From Chrysomallon squamiferum (lineage: Eukaryota > Animalia > Mollusca): a stretch of 64,000 nucleotides of DNA. The stretch lies in contig CM022678.1 in the NCBI GenBank assembly GCA_012295275.1, forward strand, positions 5,704,001 through 5,768,000, written 5' to 3'. The notes below the pieces were generated by a model that saw only the letters and a list, made by a program, of their open reading frames with translations, had not been told where the DNA came from and ran no database searches. This document shows positions 13,391 to 28,739 of this stretch, one piece after another. The position numbers and the translations under genes were made by a program. Each line of letters begins with the position of its first letter. The first letter of the stretch is position 1.

Positions 13391-13672
13391 TTTATCTTTA
13401 TTATTATTTTTTTTCCCATCAACAGACAGACACTGTTATCTTGCATACTCTTAATTGCTTTACAAATCTATTTTTTGTGTTCAATCTTCATTTTCATAGT
13501 CTCTTAAAATCACTGTAGCCAAAACTTATTTTTATATAACCAAAAATGATTGTGATAACTTGGGCTATTTTTTCTCTTTACTTTGGAAACCTCAGCTTTG
13601 ATATTTCTTGAAACAGAATGGACTGAATTTACTGTTGAACCATTTTTGTCTTAAAACCACACCATCTGAAGT

Positions 13673-13715
<43 letters not shown>

Positions 13716-14359
13716 ATCACCAACAAACATTTCCGTTATCTCAAAAACATTCCCTCTTTTACCTTTACAACCATTTCAGCTCGGAACAGTTCAGGAACCA
13801 GTGCCATAATACTCCTTTAAGATGAAACATAAATAGTGAAAAATCGAATAGCTCTCCACGGAGCTTTTTCTTGTCATCCTGAAGCAGTTTCCTAAAATAT
13901 TTATATGCATATTTGATTAGTGTTGGACTAACCAACCCTTCTGGGAATTCCAGCGACTATGAAAAGTCATGCAAGCAATTATATGCATTATCCTGGCCTC
14001 CCCACAGCAGCAGAAGAAAAATGTATGAGGTGTAACTTTCTTGTGTATCATACAACATGTGTGTGTCTCTGTTCTGTAAGGCAGGACAAAGGAGATTTTT
14101 ATTTATTTTATTTTTTTTATTATTATTTATTAAACATTTACATGCTGATGCTGGCTTTGGTGGTGGTAGTAGTAGTGGTTGTTATTTGTGACGGTTTTAA
14201 TGATCATAGTGCATACAGAATATATGACAAATTTTTTGGTTTTTTTTTTGTGGTTGTTGGTGATGATGTAGTTGTTTTATTCAAGGCTGTGGTGACAATC
14301 AGTAAAACAAATACAACATACTGATGGTGGTAGTGGTAGTTATTATCTTTGTTGTTGTG

Positions 14360-14830
14360 TTTGATGATGGTGGTGAATGTTAAATATATGACACTCTGTG
14401 TAAATGAATTTTGATGCAAAGGTTATGACATACTGAATTTAACACATACTGATGATGCTGGTGAAAATGGTGAATACCAAATGTATGACACTGAAAGTCG
14501 TGAGAGGTGGTGAAAAATATTCAACATGCCTGAATATTGCTAACAGTTATGGAGTCTGGTGGTAATGATGGCAGATGTTAAATGGATGACACAGGCTGTA
14601 ATGTATTTTGATTGGTGATGAATACAAAAACGTGTGGCGTATAGAATTTATTTTTATGGTGTTGAATATAAAATGTATGACATATAGAATTCATTTTGAT
14701 GGTTTTGGATATAAAATGTATGGCATATAGAATTTATTTTGATGGTTTTGGATATAAAATGTAAGATATACTGAATATATTTTGATGGTGATGAATACAA
14801 AACGTAAGTCATACTGTACATACTGAGGGT
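14360..14830. repeat. Degenerate minisatellite, 43-bp unit (GATGGTTTTGGATATAAAATGTATGGCATATAGAATTTATTTT)
   Basis: About five clear copies at 14610-14820, with more decayed copies upstream. Confidence 0.85.
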
Positions 14831-15029
14831 ATAGAGTGCATACAATGTATTTTTTGTTGTGTGGTTTTGTTTCAAGAGTCAGACATTCTCTGTTCAGAAG
14901 ACAGTGGTAAGAAGGTATGTGATTAAAACAATCTGCCTGGTTACATGGAATGTTGTTTGACTCTTAGTTTTCAGTGATGTGATAGTTCTTGTGTTTGTTA
15001 GTTGACTAATGATTACCAGACATCTTTGT

Positions 15030-15130
15030 GTTCTGTTGTGTCGGTTAAGCCTCCTGTCTCACGACTGTTTGGTTCTGGGATCTAATCCAGTTAGTGACTT
15101 CAGGCCAGAAATGAGTGGATAGATGTGAAA
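15030..15130 (+). mobile_element. Possible decayed tRNA-derived SINE head
   Basis: A-box-like GTTGTGTCGGTTAAG is followed at tRNA-like spacing by B-box-like GGGATCTAATCC. No body or tail is recognisable. Confidence 0.3.
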
Positions 15131-15400
15131 TTTTTTTTTTTCTTTTTATTTTATTATTATTGTTGTTGTTGTTGTTGTTGTTGTTGTTTTAGTTGCTATT
15201 GTTATTTTTACTGTTGTTATTACTACTATATCAACTATTGCTTGTATTGTGGTCTTGTTCTCAAATGTTGTTATTATTATTATTATTATTAGTAGTAGTA
15301 GTAGTAGTAGTAGTAGTTACTATTACTATTATTAAAACTACTATTGCTGCTGTTATTCTTCTTCTTCTTATTATTATTATTATTATCATTATTATTATTA

Positions 15401-15449
<49 letters not shown>

Positions 15450-15800
15450 CTGCCAATATCTCTATTTTCATTTAAATATCCTTCTTCTTCTTGTATATTA
15501 TTTTTGTTGCTTTCTGCAAGAATCAAATAATATCTTCAGAATTCCCTAGTTTTAGCCATCTATTTATGATGCACTTGAACAATGACAAGAATATATGTGT
15601 ATTTATGTGATTGCAGTAGTATATACTTATCTAACCACCTGCCTTGCTCAATCCATCTAACACCATGCAATAATAATTTCTCCAGCTCTTCTTTTGATAT
15701 ATATTTATAAACCTTTTTCCTTGTTTTAATCATTCTGTTTCTTTCTCTTGTAGTTTTGTTTCTCTTTTACTCTCTCTCAGTGTATCTTTCTGTTTTAGAT

Positions 15801-15873
<73 letters not shown>

Positions 15874-15898
15874 GTTGTCCTTCCTTCTATCTCTTTCG

Positions 15899-15969
<71 letters not shown>

Positions 15970-18171
15970 AGTTTTCAGGCTTTTCAACTATTACTTCTTA
16001 ACACATGATATGCAGAAATCCTTATGAAGTCCAACACCAGTTAAATAAATTAACATCCATAAAACGTCTTAGTTGGATCAACGGAATTCATTTTTCACTA
16101 ATGTCATTTTTTTTTCAAATCATTTTACTCGTGGTATTTTTGTACCAGCCAAAAGCCTTCCACATCACTCATCATCCTCTGTAAGTTTTGGATTCCAGAT
16201 TTACTATGGAATTACATTAATAGGACACAGATGTGTCTGTAATGTAGTGATGTTATTCAGATGAGACTGTTTATATACAGAAGAATCCCAGTGAGGAAGA
16301 ACAATAAATGATTGTTTCAGGATTATCTGGAGAAAGAAGTGCCAAGGATATTTATTATTATTGTTGTTGTTGTAGCAGTAGTAGTAGTAGTTGTTGTAGT
16401 TGTTCTTCATCTTCTTCTTATTGTTGTTATTATTATTATTGTCATTATTTTTTTATTATTATTATTGTAGTTGTTGTTATTGTTATTATTATTGTGTCAT
16501 TATTTTTAGTACAATTACTTTTGTTGTTGTCATTATTATTACTGTTGTTGTTGTTGTTGTTTGAAAGAACTGTTGTTGTTGCAGTTTGAAAGAACTAAAA
16601 GTATAAATATGCTCCCTGTCTGCTACACATTAGCACCAATGTCTACATGCAGGCATATACACACAGGCACACACACACACACAATGCAGAAAAAAATAGA
16701 TTCAGTTTCTTACACACATAAACAAATATTGGCAGAGAAGTCAGAGAGAGAGAGAAAAAACAAATAATAGAAGTTAGATAACAATAAACTACCGTCAACA
16801 AAAACCGATACAGAAGAGACAGAAAATCAACAACAACAAACAAACAAATAAAAACAACCCCCGAAAAAACATGAAATGTTATTTTTATAAAATGATAAAA
16901 ATTTAAAAAAAAGAAAAAAGGAATAAGTAGGAACAAATGAAAGAATAAATAACAGAACGACAATATATTTGATTGTGAACGTCAATATTAAAATTAAAAA
17001 TAAAACAGAAATTATTCCTAGCGGGAGAATAAAGTTTCGTTGGTCTTTGCTCCGTCATGAAAAATTTTCCATTTTGTTTCGAGCGGGTAAATAATTCAGA
17101 CGCCTAAATAAATTATTTTTATAATCCAAGCAGACGTATTAATTTCACACCAAACGTGTAACTTTGGAGCTGTTCCTACATATTTGGTTAATTAAATAAT
17201 TGTTCAGTCAGTCTAAATTAAGATAATCTTTTGTTGTTTTACATTTTCTTCGTTCATTTTTTTTCTTCCTTTCTTTTTTAAGTTGTTTCTTTTTGTTTCA
17301 TAAATTTTTACTTCTTCTTTCTATACATATTTCCTCTTTATTTTGTTTTATTTTATTTTTTGGTTTATTTTTATTATTTTTTTTTTTTCGCATCTTTCAT
17401 ACCTTTCTTATTCTTATCTTCATATCGATCCTTTTTTTTTAATTGTTTCCTTTTCTCTTAATATTTGTTTTTATTTGTTTTTTTTTTTTTTTTCTCTAAA
17501 TTTTGTTTGTTTTTATTTTCCTCTGTAAATCAATCAATAATTCCTCACAGTTGTTTTACTTTTTTCTTCTTCTTCTTTTTTTTTTTTTCACTCATACAAT
17601 AACAAACACAACAACAAAAATTTTTAAAAAAAATAAAAAGAAAAGATTTATTCATACGAACGAAGAGTCACAAGAACCATTCTAAAAAAAAAATGTGATT
17701 TATATGAAATAATCAGTAGCAAGAAACGAACTCAGTAGGTATCGGTCTTAAATTTGAAAGCTTAACCACAAGACCACTGTTACTGAACGAGATTACCAGA
17801 CATTATCATTGTAAATGTCAGAAATAAATTTCCTATCTGTGTCAAAACTCTGGACACGTCTCGCGATAAAAAGCGTTAAATGTCGAGAAATCAGCGGTCT
17901 CTGACCACAGTTTTTATTTCTTAACTACTTCCTCAGTGATAAAACCGATTTAGCGTGAAAAATATGAAGTTTGACCGAATTTATGGTGCTTCATATTGTC
18001 CAGCTTGTGTTTGCATTGGGACTGGTTGGAGAGAATTTGATGAGCTAGTCAGAACAATCTGATGTACAAGCAAGCCTGTCTTGGACGCACATTCCCAAAT
18101 CATGAACACACAGAACTGTATCCCTTCAATATCCTGTTAGGATTAGCTAGAAATGATTTAAAAATGATTTA

Positions 18172-18262
<91 letters not shown>

Positions 18263-18497
18263 TAGCTTTGAATTTGGTTATAATATTATTCCAGTTCAAA
18301 CAAAGTTACTGTGGTTATTGTTAAGGTTAGTATGTTAGAAAGTTGTTAAATATTTGCAGGATCTGATGAAATTTACATTCTTGGAAAGAAACGTCATAAC
18401 TCCTGCTCCACCAAAAAAACAGTAAAAAAAAAAAAAAAAAAAAAGATGCCTTAACCACATCGCCTCTAATCTGAACAGATGTCTTAACCCCTACTCC

Positions 18498-18529
<32 letters not shown>

Positions 18530-19169
18530 AACCGGTAAGAAACGATACCACAACCACACACAGCCTGTAATCAGGACATACGTCTTAGCTTTCATTCCAC
18601 CAAATCAGCCTTTTTGATTCTTAGAATTACCTTCGTGATTCTTGTGCCTTATCGACTTTGGAATAGAGTTACCAGCGAATCAATTAAAGCTTTTCAGTTT
18701 AACCATGTGATACGGTCCGCATCCCGCGTGTTTGTACATGACTTTTCACTTGCCCATTGTTCCTGCAAGTCGGCCCGTCTGACTGGTTCTTAATACCCGC
18801 TAGACTTGCCGAGGGATTATTTTTAAAAATAGATTATTGACAAACCGGAGAATGACAGTGAAAATGAGGAGTAGGGAAAAAAAAAAATTTAATATTGATT
18901 GCCAGTTGTAATTAGCGTATGTCGCTGCTACATCATCGCTGTTGTTGTCATCATCATCATGAATGTCTTTATTGAAATGTCAGCATGTTGTTGTTGTTGC
19001 TGGCATTACTGTAACGACGCAGGCAATGCAGTCAACAGCTGCTGCTACTAATAGTAATGCTAATATTACTTCTACCATAACAACTATCACAACCATTATT
19101 AATACTGTCAGTAATATACTGTTATCGAAACCGTAACTACCACAATCACCATCTCTGCTGCTGCTACTG

Positions 19170-19213
<44 letters not shown>

Positions 19214-20968
19214 GCTGCTGCTGCTACTACTACTACTACTAATGTCGCTAACGATCATAACAAAATGTCAGCATCACTATTAATACTTTAAGTAATACTT
19301 TCAGTAATTATTATTATTGTAGTTTTGGGTTTTTTTATTATCATTATTGTTACTGTTTTATTATTATTATTATTATTAGTAGTAGTAGTAGTAGTAGTAT
19401 TTAATAATTTAAAAAAAACCTACGAAATGAACGAGTGATGGAAACTAAATTTTGTCAGTTACTGACGTAATTTTTATTTATTTATTGTTTTATTTTATTT
19501 TATTTGTTTGTTTGTTTATTTATTTATTTATTTATTTTCTACAGTAGATGATCTTGGCTGATTTGTCACAAAACAATTTCAAAAAAAATTAAAAAATCAA
19601 TTATAAAATAGTCGACTGGGTTTCGCTGAAAAACCTAGTTGCGCATCACGTTAATGGGATTGTTTATTTATTTATGTTTTGTTTTGTTTCTTTGCTATTA
19701 TTATTTTTATTTTTTTAAATTATTATTATTTTTTTTTTTTTTTCTTCGATGCATTTATATTTTAACTCCTAAAACCATTATAATTATATTAAACAGTCCT
19801 CCAGCGAGAATCCATCGTGATAACTATCCTGTCCTAAAACTTAAAGGCTCAGCTTTTGCAGACCGTGTTTGTGCACGTCGCAACTTTCGCGCCATAATTT
19901 TCTCGATCTCTCTCTGTGACAGTCGTTTGTAATGGCCGACCTTCTTAGTGTCGTTTGGTCCGAAACATTCGCGCCAAATCCCTTAAATCGTCTGTGACAG
20001 ATGTTCTCGAAATTTGTTTTCTAAGCGTATCCCTTTCTAAATATCATAGCCGTAGCAGCACAGCTAATACGGGTTGTAATGCGATATGTGAACAATGATT
20101 TTAATTGGATAAAAATAGAAGACAAAACATGGCCGTCACTTGACTCCTTTTTGATGTGAGGCAACAAAATTTGGGCGAGGGGTCCGACTTGAAAGACGGA
20201 ATTAGCGATTTATGTTTTATTTTTTTTTTTTTAAAATCTTCGTTTTAATAAAATAATAATTTCAATAATAATAATAATAATAATAATAATTCATTTTAGT
20301 GGCCTTCTGTACAAAAATATTTTTCTTTTGCTTTTTGCATTCGGCATTACAGAATTTTACTCACGTACCCACATAGTTACTACTTACATACCCCCACCCC
20401 AGGGTATGCATACTACAGTTTAAAAAAAAACATCTGGTCTATGATAATCATTACAGACAACGTCTTGGTAACCTTTGACCCCAAAACTTCCGCGCCAAAC
20501 TGGGCTTGACCGTTAGTTACTATGACAATCACTCTATCTAAGGTTTTCCCAATATCCACCACCACCACCACCCCCCCTTTGGTCTTGTTTAGTCTGTTTC
20601 ATTTGGGCTCAAACCCCGGTAATGTCCACTTTGTGATTTCATTTAATGAAATTGGAGTCCACAATTCTTTGCTTGTGCTTCTGAATGGGATACACCGTCA
20701 TTGGACAGAATGTGATAAAGTAGTTCTTGTGATGTCTGTGTACTTTACTCGTTACTCCTCGCTGAAAGAGAAATTCAGATTTCCTCAAAAATAAACGGGA
20801 GGATAAGAGTTCATACGATTTGAGCGAATGATAAAGGTGGAAGGTTTATTGATAGAGGGAAGGCTTGGCTGGAAGGGAATAGCTAGATGTCGCCAACGGC
20901 ATTCATTCACTGGTATAGACATACTGAAACAGAGAGAGACAAAGAGAAATACTTTGCAAGACAGAATC

Positions 20969-21062
<94 letters not shown>

Positions 21063-21256
21063 ACAAATAGAACATACACTGAATGAGAGAGAAAAAGGAA
21101 TAACGAGAGAGCAATATGAACACACACACACACACACATACACACACACCAACTGGAAAAATATGGAGAAAGTTCAATACGATATAAATGCAATATGATA
21201 TATATATATATATCAGTGAGAGAGACGCTTTAAATATACGGAATTGTTTTTACATT

Positions 21257-21325
<69 letters not shown>

Positions 21326-21830
21326 ATCTACAATTATCTCTTGACTGCAGAAACTACACTTTTATCAATTAATTGGCAACAAGAGACATTGTTCATACAC
21401 TTGTCTTAAACGGGAACGATGTAAAGGAGTTGGAGAAGAATACTTGATGGAACTGAAAAAAATACCCAGAGGGTACACTCTGAAGAGCTGATCCTGTAGT
21501 CTCTTACGCCAGAATCCAGAACGTCGTATCTAAAGATTCGAATACCGAGCTTCACTAACTATTTATATTTATTTTATTTTATTTTATTTTATTTTATTTT
21601 ATTTATTATTTTATTTATTTATTTATTTATTTCGTCAGTCTGTTAGGTTTTTTTAGTTTAAAGTCTGCGCGCGCCTAGCAGACGACATAATTAGCTTAAA
21701 GCAGTTGTCAAAATATTTTTCGAAATATTTACGAACATAACCGAATGGATGAAATAATGAAGGTTATTCATCCACTGCTGGTGAGTAATAAATGAAACTG
21801 ATAAACTGAAGTACGATATTCAGAAGCATA

Positions 21831-21866
<36 letters not shown>

Positions 21867-21889
21867 ATGAAAAACTGTTTCTCTTATCC

Positions 21890-22486
21890 GATACGACAAG
21901 CGTTTGAAAACTATTTCATTAAGTTAATTCTGCGAGCTAAAAATAGCAACAGTTTTAAAAGCGCGGGTTACGGCACGAGATGTTTGCAGCGCGAGATTTA
22001 CAGTGTATGATGGAGACGGGGGGCTAGCAGGGCGCGGGGATCGCAATTAATCAAAAACGCCGGACCGTTTTTGCGGTTTCATATTTTTCAACTACGAGTC
22101 GAGGAAACGGGCTGATTAAATTGTGTTAAACCGCCACACTTGCTTGAGGATTTCCCCCTCGCAAACCGAAGACCTTTCTTGGCAATTAGATAGATTATCA
22201 TAACTCCCGTTTTTCTGCGGGACAGACACACTGCGGCGGTTCTTTCGATTGTAGCCTCGTAATCACCCCTATTGTTGCACGCGCAGTGGACTCGTCCTCG
22301 AGTTATGGTGATCAATAATAGCGAAGCCAAGGCGAGCAGATCTGGTTTTCGTGGGCATATGTACATCACAGAAATGGTTTCAAAACGGGATTTTCTAACG
22401 CTTTTACGATACGAATTTCTGGGATTTTACCATTACTGCGACGATTGTCTCTTTGTGTCCGTCAGAAATTCTTCTCTAACAACACA
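21890..22486 (+). promoter_or_regulatory. CpG island ending in a splice donor; candidate alternative promoter and first exon
   Basis: About 600 bp of complex CpG-rich sequence ends at CA|GTAAGT (22486/22487) and switches immediately to low-complexity AT-rich sequence. Confidence 0.5.
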
Positions 22487-22993
22487 GTAAGTTTGATTAT
22501 TATTATTATTATTATTATTTTTTTTTTTGTTTGACATGAATTATTAACGCGTTCTCTTCTTTTAATTATTATTATTATTTTTCTGTCTTTCTCTCTTTTG
22601 CCTCTTCAGTTGAACGAGTCGTTGATGCCGCCAGTTTTTGCTGGTAGAAAATACACGCACCTACCTACCTACCTATCTACGCGGAAATTTGACGTCTGCG
22701 TTTGTAACACGTTCACACGTTCTCTCGCGCGCGCATACATACACAAACACACATACACACCAAGCGATTCACACACATAGTTCTGGCTAACATCAGTGAC
22801 GGTTATTATATCCGATAATACGTTAATTAATATTATGGCACTTTTCGTTTCAGCAGACGACAACGTTGATTTATTGGTTTTTTTTTTTTTTTTTTTTTTT
22901 CTTCTCATAAATTTGGATGTCCTATATTCATCCATCCACTCGTAGATCATTTATTTCTGTATACCACCATACAAATGGAAACCAAGCAATAAC

Positions 22994-23044
<51 letters not shown>

Positions 23045-23198
23045 CAAAACAACAAACAATAAATAATAATAATTTATAATAATAAAAATCACAAAAATAA
23101 AAATAAATACATATACGTATATATAAAATCCTTATTTCTATACCAAATATCTCACTAATTATTTTATATCTGAGCGGACGCACGCACGTATGCACGGA

Positions 23199-23229
<31 letters not shown>

Positions 23230-23743
23230 TCGTAAATTAATCACGTTCTGCACTTTTACGATGGGTTACCGGGAAAGGCGACTGGGTTATGTTTTTGCTC
23301 TGTGGCAGCGAAAATATTTATTACTGTTGTAAATTGTCAAGGCCGGTACCATTACTGAACCGGGAGGATACTGGCGTGCGTCATAAAACTCCCCTCATCA
23401 TTTGTCTTATCAGTACCTCGTCATCATAATTATCATCTTATCACCATCATCATTATCATCACCAACATCTTCACCATCATTTTCGTTTACCGTTATCATC
23501 ATCATCATCATTATTATCTTGTCGTTATAATGACACAGAAATCATTTGTTTTCCGAAAAAAAAAGAAATATGTAAAGAAAAAGTTTGTGCTTTGAAAGAA
23601 ACAGCAAAGCAATTTGTCACGTTTATCATCCTACGTATCGCCTCAATTAATCGAATAAATCACTCAACGGACTTAAGGTTAATGGAAACGATTATCGATC
23701 CGATTATATATATATATATATAGATATAGATAACGTTCATTAA

Positions 23744-23786
<43 letters not shown>

Positions 23787-23836
23787 GAATTTTACACTAA
23801 AGGAAAATAAATAATTAAACATTCCCCAGTTACACC

Positions 23837-23932
<96 letters not shown>

Positions 23933-24236
23933 TCCACCTCCTCCTTTTCCACCTCCATTTTTTTTTTTTTTTTTTCATTATCTGCTGCAGTGTGTGTTCC
24001 TTTGAGCATCTTAAACAGTTAAAATCGATTGCTAATGTGAGATACGATTATCGATTTAGCTACAACTGGAATAACCAGTACACTAATAAAATTAAGCTGT
24101 CATGTGATGTTTCGCAGAAAGAAAGAAAAAAAAAATACGAGTGAAAAAAAGAAATGGTTGCACATGTGGAGAACGCTTAAAAAAAAAATTCTGCTTTTTC
24201 TTTATTATTATTATTATTAATAATAATACAGTGTGT

Positions 24237-24267
<31 letters not shown>

Positions 24268-25938
24268 CGTGCGTGTTGTGTGTGTGTGTGTTACAATAGA
24301 CACAAGTATTCGGAAATATAACGCAATAATAAATTGATTAATTAACAGAGAAACTAAAGAAAAACAAATAAATAATAAATATTTTACTTATATAAGAAAA
24401 GAAACACCAAAACACACAGAGAAAATAATATATGTATGTATATATGTATGTATGTGTGTGTATGTATATATATATATATTCTCTATTCCTCCACTCTTAG
24501 GTAACGTTTCTTATTTCCCGTTCTAACAGAGCTAATCATCATAGTTGTATATATTTACACAAACACATACCAAAAAAAAAAAAAAAAAAAAAATTATATA
24601 ACATTTTTGTTTTCGATTCTAACAAGCCATATCATATTTATTGTTCCTGTGTATCTACTGGTAGAAAATATTTTCTATTCGCTAGACTAAACAACGCATT
24701 TATGTTGTTCTTGTTGTTGTTGTTGGTTTTTGGGGGTTTTTTGGTTATTTCTCACATGCTTATGTTACGTTATTCGAGTTTTACTCTTTTGATTAACAAG
24801 TCAGCTGAAAAGAAAAACGTAATTTTCCTTCTCTTTCAACTGCTTTCAAACGCGAAGATAAAAAAAAAAAAAAAAAAAATGGGACCGTCTCGAAAAAAAT
24901 CACCTTGTTTTTTCAGTTCTGTTACGCCGCACAGCTGACGTTAATCAGTGTATTCTCTCAAAATGGCGGGAAAGCGTGTACAACACCTTCGTTATCTGTG
25001 TGCATTTTTTTAATTATGGTGATACCTCAGTTTCTTCGTCTTGTTGTTGTTGTTGTTGTTGTCTGCGACTTTGACAGTCATCATGATTAATTCACAAAGG
25101 CTATTTTATTTTTCTTATCGTTTTTTTTTTTTTTTTTTTAGAAGTATTTATTTAAGTGCTTATTTATTTATTATTTTAAATTATAATTATTTCCTGCTGA
25201 AATATAAGTTGCTCAAATATAAAAAATTACTTATTTTTACCGTTTTCTTTTACTACTGCAGCTACAACTTCTTACTTTATCATAATTAAAACTACTACTA
25301 CTACTACTACGACGATTTCTGTAATTTACCACTACTACTACTACTGCTACAGCAGACATAAAAAAAATACGAACACATTCAGCCGCTCATAAAAACAAAC
25401 AGACGCAGAAAATACTCGCACAAAAATTCATAAAACAATCCACACGTTACAAAATCTTCACAGAATAAACATCAATAAATTATACATTTACCCGTATCGC
25501 GTATTAGCAGCTTAAAAAAAAAAAAAAAAAAAAAAAAACTGGGATGGGCTTAAAATAAATAATCCGAACGGACCGCTATCATAAGATATTAAAGTCACCA
25601 AGCAAACAAACAAAACGTGCCATCTTAGATACCGTTGTTATGCAAACAAGTCTCTTCTCTGGAATATTTTATTAGGTACAAGCGTTATTCGAGAAATCGA
25701 AGTTGACGGCAATGCATAAGAAGAGCCCACCGAGGCTTTTGACGTTTCTCTGAAATTATCAATACAATACGCGTCCACAAAAGCCAGGTAGAGGAGGGGG
25801 GGTGGGGGGGTCCGGGATGCGCGCCATGGTAAAGTTTATACGGAGCGTCACGGTTCACGGTTCACGGGATTCCAGAAAACAGAATGATTCAATAGCAGCG
25901 TCTTGGTGAGAGATTCCGTTAATGGCTTATAAGGTTAT

Positions 25939-26250
25939 GATTCCGGTAAAAAAAAAAGCTCCGTAGAAATGATTCCTCTAACGTCTCCTGTTGAGATTCC
26001 GGTAAAGCTCCTAGAAATGATCCCTCTAACATCTCTTAAGATTCCGGCAAAGCTCCTAGAAATGATCCCTCTAACATCTCCTGTTAAGACTCCAGTAAAG
26101 CTCCTAGAAATGATTCCTCGAAACGTCTCCTGTTAAGACTCCGGTAAAGCTCCTAGAAATGATCCCTCTAACATTTCCTGTTAAGACTCCAGTAAAGCTC
26201 CTAGAAATGATTCCTCGAAACGTCTCCTGTTAAGACTCCGGTAAAGCTCC
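25939..26250. repeat. Minisatellite with 48/49-bp units and a 97-bp higher-order dimer, about 6.3 copies
   Basis: GACTCCGGTAAAGCTCCTAGAAATGATCCCTCTAACATCTCCTGTTAA (48 bp) alternates with GACTCCAGTAAAGCTCCTAGAAATGATTCCTCGAAACGTCTCCTGTTAA (49 bp). Confidence 0.95.
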
Positions 26251-27749
26251 CATATATGACCGGCATTGGCTCCTAGTAAAATTTCGGTTGCCGGCTCCTT
26301 GAAACATCCAAAGAGTTCGGTGAAAGTTTAATAGTGACGAATGATTACGGAAATGATGGCTCCTGGTAATGATTTTAGCATTGACACACGAAAACAATTA
26401 GATACATATATATATACATATACACAAGCACGCACTCACGCAAACACACACACACACACACACAATCTTCACTACCAGAATAACAACTCACTGTCCTTGA
26501 CTTTCTCTACCAGCAGAACATTCATTATCCATTTTCAATTGCAGTGGGGAAAAAAAAAAAAAAAAATTGAAAGTAATGTGGGAGTCAAATTAACGGGTAC
26601 GAACCATTCATTCATCAAACCGACAACGTTCGAACATGCTATCCGTCCGTCTCTCCTCGGGCGTGTCCCCCCTTCCCCGCCCTCCCTCCCATCCACCCAC
26701 CCCCACCACCGATACACACGTACATATACATACATACGACATCTTCTGGGCGCCCGGTTCATTAACAGAGATCGCGAGCTTAAAATGATCGGTGGGTGGG
26801 TTGGGGGGGATGCAGTGAAACGTTCGTTAAGAAACGTGACGCGAAACTACAGTCCCGTTTGACGTGGCCGTTCGTTACTTAGTCGTCGTCTCAGTTCGGA
26901 TTGTCATCGGAACGTTTGAAACGCTCTTCAGAACGACGACGACTGCGGCAGCAGTTCATCATTACAGTAATAGCCCGTCTCGTAGAACGCAGAATGAATG
27001 CTTTCACGTGAGATTTCTAATTGGGAAAGCAGGGCTGGTCAGTCAGTCTCTCTTCTGTCTGTCTGTCTGTCTTGTCTTGCTTTGCTTGCTTGCTTAGAAT
27101 CCACCGAGAACGTTTGTTGTCGTCTTCTTTTTTTCTTTTTTTTTTAAAAAACAAACAACTAAAACTTGTCTTAGTGGTGGTGGAGGAGAAAGATGTAGTG
27201 AGGATTTTTTTTTGGGGGGGGCTTTTTTTGGTTGGTTGGGAAATAGAAAAGGAAGAAATGTTTGGTGGACTGTTTAATTAGGGTTATTGTTTTGTGTGAG
27301 TGTTTGTTTGTATTTGTCTTTTTGTATGTGTATGCTTTTGTCTGCCTGTGTGGTATGTAAGTTTATGTAGAGTCAGTTTGTAAATATATATATATATATA
27401 TATATGCATATGTGTGTGTGTGTGTGTGTGTGTGTGTCTTTGTCTCTTTGTATATACATATGTTTGTGTCTGTTAATTTGGGTGTTTGTATATGTGTTTA
27501 TTTATGCATGTATGTATGCATATATATATATATGTGTGTTTATACACGTATATACGCACATATAAATGCACCCCTATGTATGAATTTGTATATATTCATA
27601 CATAAAAACCCTAAATTATTATAAATTTATGGGCATATTTTTATACATTTTGTATTCGATTAGTGTTACATACACACACACACATACACGTATCCATCCA
27701 CTAATAACAAACACTCTTTCTGGATGTGAATTCAGAATCAAGAAAACTA

Positions 27750-27768
27750 TTATATATATACACACATA

Positions 27769-27840
<72 letters not shown>

Positions 27841-28000
27841 CATATATATACATATACATATACATATACATACATATATATACACATATATACATATGCA
27901 TATACATACAAACCATACATACATATATATACATACATACATATATATACATATACATACATATACATACATATACATATACATATATATACATATACAT
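27750..28000. repeat. Compound (CATA)n/(TACATA)n microsatellite
   Basis: Direct inspection; it explains the overlapping Y/I/H/M/V-rich ORFs. Confidence 0.95.
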
Positions 28001-28269
28001 TATTAGTATTATTTTAGTATTTTTTATTGGCTGTTAATAGCAGGTAACAGCCGTTTTAGGAAATTATTTACGACAACATTTATATTTTGTCACACGTGAA
28101 TAAATAACTATGTCGGTTCCAGGCATACAATACATTATAATAGAGGCTGGTAAGATAAGCAAAGTGTTACTGTTATTTCCTCCTCGCCTCCTCTCTCTCT
28201 GAAGGAGAAAAATAAAGTGTTACGTTTTAACACCGATATATTAAAGAGAGACTGACTTTAATTTTTTTG

Positions 28270-28626
28270 TATTATGTTATGTTATGTTATGTTATAGTGT
28301 AGTGTAGTGTAGTATAGTGTAGTGTAGTGTAGTATAGTATAGTGTAGTATAGTGTAGTGTAGTGTAGTGTAGTGTAGTGTAGTGAAGTGTAGTGTAGTAT
28401 AGTATTGTATAGTGTGTAGTATAGTATAGCATAGTGTAATGTAATATAGTATAGTGTAGTATAGTATTTATTTATTTATTTATTTATTATTATTATTATT
28501 ATACAAGAATCATATTATATTATTAGTATAGCATATTATGGTATAGCATAGCATAGCATAGGACAGCATAGCACAGCATAGTATAGTATAGTATAGTATA
28601 ATATAGTAGTATAGTATTTATTTATT

Positions 28627-28685
<59 letters not shown>

Positions 28686-28690
28686 GATCA
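28270..28690. repeat. Compound pentanucleotide satellite: (TATGT)n, (TAGTG)n, (TAGTA)n, (TAGCA)n, with (ATTT)n/(ATT)n
   Basis: The 5-bp period is kept while the unit sequence drifts. The block ending ATACAAGAATCATA occurs twice (about 28501 and 28705). Confidence 0.9.
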
Positions 28691-28739
28691 TCATTATTGT
28701 TCTAATACAAGAATCATACACCGGTTTTCTAAAAGTTGT

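Noticed and set aside
19100-19122. TAATACTGTCAG, identical to the 5' part of miR-8
   Set aside because: The 3' half does not match, there is no hairpin, and the context is low-complexity.
25939-26250. CRISPR-like array
   Set aside because: The intervening segments are themselves repeated rather than unique spacers, the context is eukaryotic and there are no cas genes.
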